DNA of 64,000 nt from Myxococcota bacterium. Its GTDB lineage: Bacteria > Myxococcota_A > Bradymonadia > UBA7976 > UBA1532. Each line of letters starts with the position of its first letter. Position 1 is the stretch's first letter. Shown piece by piece: positions 37,259 through 48,320 of the stretch. A program made the translations under genes and the position numbers. The DNA is taken from assembly GCA_018813065.1 (NCBI GenBank), contig JAHJCH010000171.1, positions 871 to 64,870 on the forward strand. Direction: 5' to 3'. Under the pieces are notes generated by a model, which worked only from the letters and a program-made list of their open reading frames with translations, did no database searches and was not told the DNA's origin.

Positions 37259-38005
37259 TTGACGATGCCCCTCTCTCATTGCCCGAAGTGCGGTTTTAAC
37301 CCGTTGCCGCCCTCCACGCCCAGCTGCCCTCAATGCCAAGTCATCTTCGCCAAGGCGCGCCCGCCCATCGTCTTCGTCGATCCCCCGCGTCGCTTTGAGC
37401 GCCAACGCGCTTGGCTCAAGGCGATGCTCTTTGAGCTGGAAGAGGACAAGGTCAACCCCTACTTCTTCGCGGGGCGCGCCCTCGTCTACGTCACCTTCCT
37501 CGCCTGGGGCCTCTACTTCGTCACCCGCACCCTCTCCAGCGGCGAGGTGATGCGGAGCTGGTGGCATGGGGTTGATCTCGTCTTTCATGAGGCGGGGCAC
37601 ACGATCATGGGGATGCTCTTTGGCGAGTTCATCATGTTCCTCGGCGGCTCCCTCTTTCAGCTGCTCGTGCCCTTCGTCGTCGCCATCGCCTTCCTGCGCC
37701 AGCGCGATCCCTTCGGCGCCTCGATTGGCCTGTGGTGGGTGGGGCAGAGCCTGATGGATCTGGCGCCATACATCGGCGATGCGCGGGCCTTGGAGTTGAT
37801 GCTGCTCGGCGGCGGCACGGGCAAGGAGATCGAGGGCCATGACTGGGAGTATCTGCTGGGCAAGCTCGGCCTCCTGCGCTATGACCGCGTGTTGGCCTAC
37901 GCCGCCCACTACATCGGCGCGGCGCTGATCCTCTTGGCCTTAGCTTGGGGGGGCTGGATGCTCTATAAGCAGTCGCGCCGCCTCGGCGTGGACGTCAACG
38001 CCTAG
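37259..38005 (+). CDS. membrane protein with N-terminal zinc-ribbon and HExxH (HEAGH) motif; putative membrane zinc metalloprotease
   Basis: CPKCG...CPQC ribbon, four or more TM helices, and HEAGHTIMG in a membrane segment. Sits 6 bp after the SPFH gene. Confidence 0.45.
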   Translation: MTMPLSHCPKCGFNPLPPSTPSCPQCQVIFAKARPPIVFVDPPRRFERQRAWLKAMLFELEEDKVNPYFFAGRALVYVTFLAWGLYFVTRTLSSGEVMRSWWHGVDLVFHEAGHTIMGMLFGEFIMFLGGSLFQLLVPFVVAIAFLRQRDPFGASIGLWWVGQSLMDLAPYIGDARALELMLLGGGTGKEIEGHDWEYLLGKLGLLRYDRVLAYAAHYIGAALILLALAWGGWMLYKQSRRLGVDVNA

Positions 38006-38030
38006 CCCCGACGCTCAACGAAAACCACGC

Positions 38031-39219
38031 TCAACGAAAAGCGTCGAGGCCGCCAAAAGGCCCCAAGGCGCGATCAAAGACGCCCAGCGTAAAGGCGATG
38101 GCCAGCCCATAGTTGGTCATGGGCACGCCCGCCTCGGCGCAGCGCAGCTGGCGGGCGAGGACCGCCCTGCGGTTCCAGACGCAGCCGCCGCAGTGAACCA
38201 CCAAGGCGTAGGGGCTGAGGTCCTCGGGGAAGTCACGGCCGGACTTGACCTCGATCTCCAGCGCGCCGCCCACATACTGGCGCAGCCAGCGGGGGATCTT
38301 GACCCGCCCGATGTCCTCGGTGATGGGGTGATGTGTACACGCCTCGGCGATGAGCACCTGATCGCCGCTCTTGAGCTGATCGATCGCCAACGCGCCGCGC
38401 ACGAGGCCGCCCAGATCCCCCTTCATCCGCGCGAAGAGGACAGAGAAGGAGGTCATGGGGATCTCCGGCGGGGTGTCGGCGGCGACCTTGAGGAAGGCCT
38501 GAGAGTCGGTGACCACCAGCGCTGGCGGGGCCTTGAGGTTGGTCAGCGCGTGGCGCAGCTCGCGCTCCTTGGTGACGAGGCAGTAGGCGTCGCCGTCGAG
38601 CGCGTCGCGGATGGCCTGCACCTGCGGCATGATCAGGCGGCCCTTGGGCGCCTCCTTGTCGATGGGCGTCACCAGCACCACGCAGGCCCCCGGCGAGACC
38701 AGATCCGAGAGGACGGGCGGGGGGGTGAGCGCCGCCTCGGGGGCCAGCTCGATGAGCAACGCCCGCGTCGCGCCGATCCCCTCGCCCGTGCGCGTGGAGG
38801 TGATGGCGTGCTTGCGCTTGAGCGCCTCCCCCTCAGCGCGTTGGAGATCGGCCTTGTTGTAGATCGCCGCCCAGGGGGCGCCTTGGGCGTCCAGCGCGGC
38901 GGCGAGGCCCGCCTCAAAGGCGCCCCAAGCGCCGCCCTCGGTGACGATCAGCGCCACATCACAGCGCGCCAACGCCGCGCGTGTCCGCTCCACGCGCAGC
39001 GCGCCCAGCGCGCCCTCGTCGTCGATCCCCGCCGTGTCGATGAACAGCACGGGGCCGAGCGGGGCCAGCTCCATGGTCTTCTCGATCGGATCGGTGGTCG
39101 TGCCCGCCACGTCCGAGACGATGGCCACGTCTTGACGCGTCAGGGCGTTGAGCAACGAAGACTTGCCGACGTTGCGGCGGCCAAAGAGGCCGATATGAAG
39201 GCGCAGGGCCTTGGGCGCT

Positions 39220-39227
<8 letters not shown>
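38031..39227 (-). CDS. hydF: [FeFe]-hydrogenase maturation GTPase HydF
   Basis: P-loop GRRNVGKSSLLNAL. C-terminal CxH...HCxxC cluster motifs (EACTHH, VVHCGGC). 398 aa. Confidence 0.8.
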
Positions 39228-40630
<1,403 letters not shown>

Positions 40631-40638
<8 letters not shown>

Positions 40639-42040
40639 AGAGATCCCGCGCGCCGCCTTGGATGATCTGCGCCAGGCGCGCCTCGGCGGCCTCCCGTCCC
40701 GTCTTCATCAAGGCCAGCTCCGCTTGGATCAGCGCGTGACCCGCCGCCTTTGTGCGCGGCGTGGCGTAGTCTTCGAGGTACTCAGCCAAGGTAAAGAGGG
40801 CGTTGGGGCCGCAGAACCGCTTAATGAAGCCTGGCTGGGCGAAGGACATAAAGTGCTCGCCGACCCGGCCCAGGCGATAACAGGCCGTGCAGAAGCTGGG
40901 CAGGTAGCCATCCTCCAGCAGCTCCGCCATCACCTCATCGAGGGGGCGCGTGTCGCCCACCTCGAACTGCTCGCGCTCTAGGCGCTGTGCGCCCTCGGCG
41001 GTGTAGCCCCCGATCTCGATGCGCGTGCCCGCGTCGATCTGGGAGACGCCCAGGGCCATGACCTCGCGGCGGATCTCGGGCCGCTCTCGCGCCGTGAGGA
41101 TCAGCCCCGTGTAGGGCACGGCCAGGCGCAGCACGGCGACGAGGTGCTTGAAGTCCTCATCGGAGACGGCGTGCTCGAAGTGGCCATCGACGCCCGAGGC
41201 GCGCTGGATGCGCGGGAAGCTGATGGTGTGCGGCCCGACGCCCAGCGTGGTGTTGAGCACATCGGCGTGCTTGACCAGCGCCAGCGTCTCAAAGCGCCAA
41301 TCGTAGAGCCCAAAGAGCGCGCCGATGCCCACGTCATCGCAGCCGGATTGGATGGCGCGGGTGGCGCTGTCGAGCCGCCAGTGATAGTCCGACTTGGGCG
41401 TGTTGCCGGGGTGAACCTGGGCGTAGGTGGCGTGATGATAGGTCTCTTGAAAGACCTGGTAGGTGCCGATGCCCGCCTCGTGGACGCGGCGATAGCCCGC
41501 CTCATCCAGCGGCGCGGCGTTGATGTTGACGCGGCGGATCTCGCCGTTGCCCTCGCGGATCTGATAGACGCGCTGGACGGCCTCAGCGATGAACTCGGCG
41601 TCATAGCGCGGGTGCTCGCCGAAGACGAGGATGAGGCGCTTATGGCCGCCTCGGATCAGCGCCTTGACCTGGGCCTCAAGCTCATCGGGGTTGAGCGTGG
41701 CGCGCACGGCCTCCTTGTTGGAGCGGCGGAACGCGCAGTAATGGCAGTCGTTACGACAGAGGTTGCCGACGTAGAGCGGCGCGAAGAGGACGACGCGGTT
41801 GCCATAGACGGCGTCCTTGAGCGCCCGAGCGGCGGCGGCGACGCGCTGGCGCTGATGCGGGCTTGAGGCGGCGAGGAGGACGGCGGCCTCCTCCATCTTG
41901 AGGGGTGTCTTACTCGCCGCCCGCGCCAAGATCTCGTCGAGCCGCAGATCGGAGGGCTCTGGGAGGGCGCAGAGGGCGTGGATTTGATCCTCATTGATAA
42001 AATCGTGGGCGCTCGGGCTGAGCGCGCGGGGGAGCTTCAT
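40631..42040 (-). CDS. hydG: [FeFe]-hydrogenase maturase HydG (radical SAM tyrosine lyase)
   Basis: Radical-SAM CRNDCHYC (CX3CX2C) and C-terminal CTAC...C auxiliary-cluster motif. 469 aa. Confidence 0.8.
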
Positions 42041-43077
42041 CGTGCGTGACCTTTACCGAGGCCAACTCGGCGACCGAGCGCCTGGATGTTGGCCCTGATC
42101 TCCGCCTCGGTCTCCGCGCGCGCCACCTCAACCCGGCCTTTGGCGGGGTAGATCTCGTAGTCGCGGCGGTATTGGAGGGGGGTGATGTTGGGCATGACTA
42201 CGTTGGCGCCCCAGTGGAGCCCGTGAGCGCGCCCTTGACGGCGGTTTATTGTCGCGAGGGCGGTGGTGCTGGGGATGTGAGCGCGTGGGCGCATGTGCCG
42301 CGCGAGGGCCAACACCTTGAGGGTCATGGCCTCAGAGGCCGGGACCTGATCCACGGCGGCCTCAAAGGCGTGGGGATCGCGCCCCAAGGGCGTTTCGGGG
42401 TGGGCAACCCACGGCCCGAGGCCGATCATATGCAGCTCAAGCTCGCGTAAAATCAGGATATCTCGTACCAGGTCCGCGTACGTCTGCCCCGGCGCGCCGA
42501 CGAGCATCCCGCTGCCGATCTGATAGCCCATCGCCGCCATGGATCGCAGCTGCGCGAGGCGATCTTGGCCCTCGGGGTGGGCGGGATGGAGCCGATCGAA
42601 CAGGGCAGGACGGCTGGACTCGAAGCGCAGCAGGTAGCGATCGGCGCCCGCCTCGCGCCACACCCTCAAATCCGCGTCCGGGCGCTCCCCGAGGCTGAGC
42701 GTGATCGCCAAATCATGGCGCGCGCGCGTCGCCGCGATGAGATCACGGACCCACTCGACGTCGAGCGCGGGGTCTTCCCCGGCTTGGATCACCATCGTGC
42801 CGTAGCCGCGCCGCTCGATCTCCGCCGCGCAGGCCAAAATTTCGGCGTGGCTCATGCGATAACGGGTGATTCGACGCCCCGCGCGCAGGCCACAGTAGAG
42901 GCAAGCCCGCTTGCAGTGGTTGCTGATCTCGACGAGGCCGCGCAGATAGACGACGGGGCCGATCTCGCGCAGCAAGTGGGCCTCAGCGGAGGCGCGCAGG
43001 GCCTCCAGGCGGGGCGGCGCCTCCTCGCGCAGCCACGCCTCAACGGCGGCGGCGTCCAGCGTGGCGGGATCGATCAT
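42037..43077 (-). CDS. hydE: [FeFe]-hydrogenase maturase HydE (radical SAM)
   Basis: CKRACLYC radical-SAM motif near residue 55. 346 aa. Biotin-synthase-like. Confidence 0.8.
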   Translation of the reverse strand: MIDPATLDAAAVEAWLREEAPPRLEALRASAEAHLLREIGPVVYLRGLVEISNHCKRACLYCGLRAGRRITRYRMSHAEILACAAEIERRGYGTMVIQAGEDPALDVEWVRDLIAATRARHDLAITLSLGERPDADLRVWREAGADRYLLRFESSRPALFDRLHPAHPEGQDRLAQLRSMAAMGYQIGSGMLVGAPGQTYADLVRDILILRELELHMIGLGPWVAHPETPLGRDPHAFEAAVDQVPASEAMTLKVLALARHMRPRAHIPSTTALATINRRQGRAHGLHWGANVVMPNITPLQYRRDYEIYPAKGRVEVARAETEAEIRANIQALGRRVGLGKGHAR

Positions 43078-44198
43078 GCGGTGGCGCTCTTGAGCGTGAG
43101 GGTGAAGGCGCTGCCGACATCGGGGGCGCTCTCGACGCGCACGTCGCCGTCATAGAGCTGGGCGATCTTCTTAAGGATCGACAGGCCCAGGCCGCTGCCG
43201 TCGATGCCGCGCGTCTGTTGGGTCTTGATGCGCACGAACTCCCCAAAGAGCTTGGCGACCTCCTCGGGGCTCATCCCGATCCCCGTGTCCTTGACGGTGA
43301 GCGTGACGCCGCCCTCGACGGGCGCGATGTGGACATCGACGCGCCCCCCATCACGGTTGTACTTCACCGCGTTGGAGATCAGGTTGTTCAGCGCGATATC
43401 CAGCTCGCCGCGATCTGCCCGCAAGGGCACCGTGGCGGGGGCGTGGAGGTGGATCTCGATGCCCCTCGGGGTGGCCGTGGGCTTCATCGTCTCAATCGAC
43501 ATCTCCGCCACCTCGCGCAGATCCAGATCCGTGAGGGTGCGCTGCTTGCGCCCTGACTCCAGGCCGGTGAGATCGAGGAGATCGTAGATGAGCTTACGCA
43601 TCCCCGCGCTGCGGGTGAGCATACGCTCGACCAAGCGCAGGTAGGCGCTGAGATCATCGCCCAGCGTGCGATCTTGCAACAGGTTGAGGTGCCCCTCGAT
43701 GGCCGCCAGCGGGGCCTTCAGCTCATGGGCCAGCACGGAGATAAACTCAAAGCGCACTTGGCGGCGCTCGCGCTCCAAGCGCGCGGCGTGGCGGCGGGCG
43801 ATGAGGTGCTTGGTGGCCCGGCGCACCACCGCGCGGACCTCCTCGGGGGTGAAGGGCTTGGCCAGCACGTCATAGGCGCCGCGCTTGGTGGCCGTGATCG
43901 CGGTGGGGATCGTGGCGTAGCCGGTGATCATCACCACCAGCGGGTCCTCGGCGGGGTTGAGGGACTTCAACATCTCCAGCCCGGTCATCCCCGGCAGCTT
44001 GACGTCGAGGAGCATGAGATCCGTCCGCTCGGCGCCGAGGTGATCCAGCGCCACCTCGGCGCTGTCGGCCTCATGGGCTTGGAAGCTGAACTCGCCGTGC
44101 TCTGGGATCTCGACGCAGAAGCCGCGCAGCGCGCGCATCACCCCCCGCCGCATCCCCAGCTCATCATCTACGATCAAGATCCGCAGCGGCTCCATCAT
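43074..44198 (-). CDS. hybrid response-regulator/histidine kinase (REC - HisKA - HATPase)
   Basis: REC domain with phospho-acceptor in LMLLDVKLPG. H-box VLAHELKAPL. N-box/G-box NLISNAVKY and GIDGSGLGLSI. Confidence 0.75.
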   Translation of the reverse strand: MMEPLRILIVDDELGMRRGVMRALRGFCVEIPEHGEFSFQAHEADSAEVALDHLGAERTDLMLLDVKLPGMTGLEMLKSLNPAEDPLVVMITGYATIPTAITATKRGAYDVLAKPFTPEEVRAVVRRATKHLIARRHAARLERERRQVRFEFISVLAHELKAPLAAIEGHLNLLQDRTLGDDLSAYLRLVERMLTRSAGMRKLIYDLLDLTGLESGRKQRTLTDLDLREVAEMSIETMKPTATPRGIEIHLHAPATVPLRADRGELDIALNNLISNAVKYNRDGGRVDVHIAPVEGGVTLTVKDTGIGMSPEEVAKLFGEFVRIKTQQTRGIDGSGLGLSILKKIAQLYDGDVRVESAPDVGSAFTLTLKSATA

Positions 44199-44216
44199 CG
44201 CGCCTCCTCGCTGGCC

Positions 44217-44588
44217 TCAGCGTAAAACCTGGCTCAAGGCGCGCTCGATCTGCTCAAAACGCACAGGCTTATCCAAGATCAGATCGGCCTTGACCCAAGG
44301 GCCGCGTTCAAAGGTGAGGCCGGCCTCATGGGCGACGCCCGTGACCATGATCACGGGCACCGAGGGGTAGCGCGCCTTGATGCGCCGGGCCAGCACGAGG
44401 CCGTCGTCCATCTGCGCCATCATCAAGTCGATGATGGCCACGTCCGGCGCGCGCTGGGCCAAGCAGGCGTCGGCGGCCTCAAGGCCATCGGCGGCGCAGA
44501 CGCTGTAGCCCTTGGCCTTGAGCTGAAGCTCCATCTGGAGCAGGAAGTCTTCATCGTCATCGACCAGGAGGACGTGGGTGGGGTTCAT
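44217..44588 (-). CDS. stand-alone receiver (CheY-like REC) protein
   Basis: 123 aa. VLLVDDDEDF, AIIDLMM (acceptor Asp), IMVTG, KP motifs. Confidence 0.75.
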   Translation of the reverse strand: MNPTHVLLVDDDEDFLLQMELQLKAKGYSVCAADGLEAADACLAQRAPDVAIIDLMMAQMDDGLVLARRIKARYPSVPVIMVTGVAHEAGLTFERGPWVKADLILDKPVRFEQIERALSQVLR

Positions 44589-44597
44589 GGCTCTCTC

Positions 44598-46592
44598 TCA
44601 AGGATCGGTTGAAACAACGAGTCTGTACGGCGTGGGGAGATCGATCTTAAAGGTCGTGCCGGTCGGACCCTGGGCGGGATCGGCGTTGGAGCGCACGGAG
44701 ATCTGGCCGTGGTGCATCTTGACGATGCCGTAGCTCACCGAGAGCCCCAGGCCCGTGCCCTTACCCACCGGCTTGGTGGTGAAGAAGGGCTCAAAGATCT
44801 TCTTGCGGGTCTGCGGATCGATGCCCGAGCCGGTGTCCTCGATCTCAAAGATCAGCTCATCGTCTTCGCCGCGCGCCCGCAGGTAGAGGCCGCCGCCTTG
44901 GGGCATGGCGTCTACGGCGTTGCGGGCGAGGTTAACGAGCACCTGGAGGATCTGATCGCGATCCAGCTCCGCCTCCAGGCCAGCGGGGCAGTCGATAAAG
45001 GCGCGGATCTTGGGGTTGACCTCCAAGGAGAGCACCGTCGCCTCGAAGAGATCGCAGATCCCCGTCCAGCGACGCTCCACCTTCTTCTGTCGCGCGAAGT
45101 CGAGCAGCCCTGAGACGATCTTCTTACAGCGATCCGCCTGCTCGGCGATCATCACCAGGTCTTCACGCAGCGGCGTCTCCTCCTCAGCCTCATCCAGCAG
45201 CAGGTGGGCATACATCAGCACCACGCCGAGGGGATTGTTGACCTCATGGGCGATGCCCGCCGCCAGCTGCCCCATGCTCGCCAGCCGCTCCGAGTGCATC
45301 AGCGCCTCTTGCGTCTCGGCGAGGGCGGAGTTGGAGCGGGTCAGATCATCGACGGTCTTGTGGAGCTGATCGATGGTAAAGGGCAGGCACATCTCCGGCT
45401 CGGCGAGGCCCTTAAGGATCGCCAAGGCGTGCTCTCGGCAGGTGTCATAGCCGCAAGCGCCGCAGTTGAGCTCATCGCTGGGGCCGTGCTTGCCCATGCG
45501 GCCCAAGACCTTGATGACGTTGTCCTCGCTGTCCACCAAGATCCGCTGATCTTGCGCGATAAAGCGCTGGGTGAGGGGGATGTCGAGGCAGCCCTTGAGC
45601 TGATCGAGGGCCTCGGCGGTGTCTTGACAGACCTGGCGGGCGTACTTGCTCAGCAGCGCGCGGCGACGAAAGCGCGGCGCGCGCGTGGTCATGCCAGGCC
45701 CCATCAAGCAGCCGTTGCAGCAGAGGACGTCGAGCAGCCGCGCGTCAAGGCTGCCCTCCTCAAACTCGCGGATGGCCTCGACGAACTCGCCGCGCCCCTC
45801 AGCGGAGACGAGATCGCCCGAGAGGAGGTCTTGATCCAGCGCGGCGGCGCGCAGGAGGCCGCCGCTGAGGGGGAAGATGGTCCCCAAGCCCGAGCGCGGC
45901 GGATCAAAGGCCGAGGGGGGCGCGGCGTGGAGGTCGATCCCGCGCGCGTCGAGGGCGGCGCGCAGCTCTTTAAAGGTGATCGCCGCCTCGATCTCCCCCG
46001 ACTCGACGGCCTCGGCCTTTTTGGCGACGCATGGGCCGATAAACGCCACCCGCTGCGGGCGCGGATCGAGGCGCCGCGCCGCGCGCGCCATGGCGATCAT
46101 CGGAGACACGATCGGCGCCAGCGCGCCGATGAGATCCGGGTGGTAGTGGGTGACATAGGAGACGACGGAGGGGCAGGCCGTGGCGATATATCGCCCCTCT
46201 GGGTGCGCCATGATCAGATCACGATAAGCCACCGCCACCAGATCGGCGCCGAAGGCCACCTCCATCACCTTGTCAAAGCCCATCGCCCTCAACGCGCCGA
46301 CGATCTGCGTCGGTGAGGCGTCGCTGAACTCCGCCGGGAAGCTCGGCGCGATCATGGCGACCTTGAGATCAGGGCCGCTGAGCAGCGCGTCGAGGGCGGG
46401 CAGGCCGTCGATCACCTGCTTGGCGCCCTGGCTGCACACCTGCACGCAGTGGCCGCAGCCGATGCAGCGGGCGGTGATCACCTCGGCTTGGCCTCGGGCG
46501 ATGCGGATCGCCTTGGCGGGGCACTCGCGCACGCAGGTGTAGCAGACCCGGCAGCGGTCCTTGATCGTGGTGATGAGGGCGTAGGGGTCCAT
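44598..46592 (-). CDS. sensory [FeFe]-hydrogenase-like (HydS-type) H-cluster domain fused to histidine kinase
   Basis: Two 4Fe-4S ferredoxin motifs ([23 protein letters not shown]). H-domain motifs [11 protein letters not shown] (L2) and [12 protein letters not shown] (L3), with a degenerate L1 IATACPSVV. An extra 4-Cys motif CGACGYDTC...C. Then His[10 protein letters not shown] and HATPase [18 protein letters not shown]. Confidence 0.7.
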   Translation of the reverse strand: MDPYALITTIKDRCRVCYTCVRECPAKAIRIARGQAEVITARCIGCGHCVQVCSQGAKQVIDGLPALDALLSGPDLKVAMIAPSFPAEFSDASPTQIVGALRAMGFDKVMEVAFGADLVAVAYRDLIMAHPEGRYIATACPSVVSYVTHYHPDLIGALAPIVSPMIAMARAARRLDPRPQRVAFIGPCVAKKAEAVESGEIEAAITFKELRAALDARGIDLHAAPPSAFDPPRSGLGTIFPLSGGLLRAAALDQDLLSGDLVSAEGRGEFVEAIREFEEGSLDARLLDVLCCNGCLMGPGMTTRAPRFRRRALLSKYARQVCQDTAEALDQLKGCLDIPLTQRFIAQDQRILVDSEDNVIKVLGRMGKHGPSDELNCGACGYDTCREHALAILKGLAEPEMCLPFTIDQLHKTVDDLTRSNSALAETQEALMHSERLASMGQLAAGIAHEVNNPLGVVLMYAHLLLDEAEEETPLREDLVMIAEQADRCKKIVSGLLDFARQKKVERRWTGICDLFEATVLSLEVNPKIRAFIDCPAGLEAELDRDQILQVLVNLARNAVDAMPQGGGLYLRARGEDDELIFEIEDTGSGIDPQTRKKIFEPFFTTKPVGKGTGLGLSVSYGIVKMHHGQISVRSNADPAQGPTGTTFKIDLPTPYRLVVSTDP

Positions 46593-48307
46593 TAGCGCAG
46601 TATATCTCGGGGGGCGTAGTGGGTATGCAGCAGCGCGTGGCTGATCTCTCCGCCCGGCGCGCCCAGGTGCGCGGCGTAGAGCGCTTGGATCTGCGGGTTC
46701 TCATGGGCGGTGCGCAGCGGCGCGTCCTTGTCTACGGCGTAGAGGGCCGCCGCGCGGCGCTCGATGGCCTTGAGATCGAGCCCCGTTGGCTGCCCCCCCC
46801 CGTTAATGCAGCCGCCAGGGCAGCTCATGATCTCGATAAAGTGCAGATCATCTCGCCCCGCGTCCAGCTCCTCCAGGAGACGCCGCGCTTCCCCGAGGCT
46901 GCTGACCACGGCGACGCCCATTTGATGCTCGCCGACCTGGATTTGGGCCTCCTTGCGCAGCGCTTGGCCCCGCGCGGCCTTGAATATCTGGCCGGGCAGC
47001 GGCGCGCCAGCGATGATCTGGTGCGCGGTGCGCACCGCCGACTCCATTACGCCGCCCGAGGCGCCAAAAATCTTGCCCGCGCCGCTGCGCTCACCGAAGG
47101 GCATATCGGGTTCATCGCCGGGGAGCGTCGCCAGATCAAGGCCACGCATACGGATCAAATCGATCAGCTCACGGGTGGTCAGTACATAGTCGATGTCAGC
47201 GCGGCCATCGCGGCCCATCTCGGGGCGCTCCGCCTCAAACTTCTTGGCCGTGCAGGGCATCACCGCCACGCTGACGATGTCATCCGCGGCGATCCCCTCG
47301 GCGGGGGCGTAGATCGCCTTGATCACCGCCCCCAGCATCTGCTGCGGGCTCTTGCAGGTGGAGAGGTGCGCCAGGCGGTGGGGGTAGAACGTCTCGACGA
47401 ACTTGATCCACGCCGGGGAGCAGCTGGTCATCATCGGCAGGGCGCCGCCGGTGGTGACGCGGTGGACCAGCTCATGGGCCTCCTCCATGACCGTGAGGTC
47501 AGCGGAGTAGGCGGTGTCAAAGACGCGATCAAAGCCGAGGCGGCGCAGCGCCGTCGTCAACGCTGGCGCGCAGTCGCCCTTGACGTTGAAGGCCTCGCCG
47601 ATGGTGACGGAGACGGCCGGCGCGTGCTGGATCACCACCGTCTTTTGAGGATCGGCGAGGGCGGCCATGACCTGCTCGGCGTGGCTGTGCTCATGCAGCG
47701 CGCTGGTGGGGCAGACACGGACGCACTGGCCGCAGTAGACGCAGCTGGAGACGTTGAGCCCTTGCTCAAAGGCCGTCTCCACCCGCGCTTTGGCCCCACG
47801 CCCCACGAAGTCGATGGCCGAGACGCTCTGGATCTCCTCGCAGACCCGCACGCAGCGCCCACAGAGGATGCACTTGTCCGGCTCGCGGATCATGGCGGGG
47901 CTGGAGAGATCGAGGGGCTTGAACTCACGCGCGCCGTGGTAGCGGCGCTGGCGCACGCCCAGCTCAAAGGCGATGTCTTGGAGATCGCAGCTGTGGTTAC
48001 GCGGGCAGTAGAGGCAGTCATCGGGGTGATCGGCGAGCAGCAGCTCGACGATCGTCTTGCGGGCCTCCACCGCGCGCGGCGAGTGGGTCTGCACCCGCAT
48101 CCCCTCGCTGACCTGCAACGCGCAGCTGGGCGCCAAACGCTGCTGGCCCTCGATCTCGACGACGCAGAGGCGGCAGGCGCCCGTCGGGGTCATCCCTTCG
48201 AGGTGGCAGAGGGTGGGGACACGCACGCCCTCGGCCCGCAGCACGTTGAGCAGGTTGGCGGCGGGGGCCGCCTGGATGTCTCGGCCATTGATGTTGAGGT
48301 TGATCAT
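46592..48307 (-). CDS. hydA: [FeFe]-hydrogenase catalytic subunit HydA (group A, multi-cluster form)
   Basis: N-terminal 2Fe-2S domain (MINLNINGRD...CH), FeS4 domains (CILCGRCVRVC, CVYCGQCVRVCP). H-cluster motifs MTSCSPAW (L1 variant), MPCTAKKFE (L2), EIMSCPGGCINGGGQP (L3). Start at MINLNING; the upstream 103 codons of the track ORF are rejected. Confidence 0.8.
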   Translation of the reverse strand: MINLNINGRDIQAAPAANLLNVLRAEGVRVPTLCHLEGMTPTGACRLCVVEIEGQQRLAPSCALQVSEGMRVQTHSPRAVEARKTIVELLLADHPDDCLYCPRNHSCDLQDIAFELGVRQRRYHGAREFKPLDLSSPAMIREPDKCILCGRCVRVCEEIQSVSAIDFVGRGAKARVETAFEQGLNVSSCVYCGQCVRVCPTSALHEHSHAEQVMAALADPQKTVVIQHAPAVSVTIGEAFNVKGDCAPALTTALRRLGFDRVFDTAYSADLTVMEEAHELVHRVTTGGALPMMTSCSPAWIKFVETFYPHRLAHLSTCKSPQQMLGAVIKAIYAPAEGIAADDIVSVAVMPCTAKKFEAERPEMGRDGRADIDYVLTTRELIDLIRMRGLDLATLPGDEPDMPFGERSGAGKIFGASGGVMESAVRTAHQIIAGAPLPGQIFKAARGQALRKEAQIQVGEHQMGVAVVSSLGEARRLLEELDAGRDDLHFIEIMSCPGGCINGGGQPTGLDLKAIERRAAALYAVDKDAPLRTAHENPQIQALYAAHLGAPGGEISHALLHTHYAPRDILR

Positions 48308-48320
48308 CTCGTCGTCCCTC

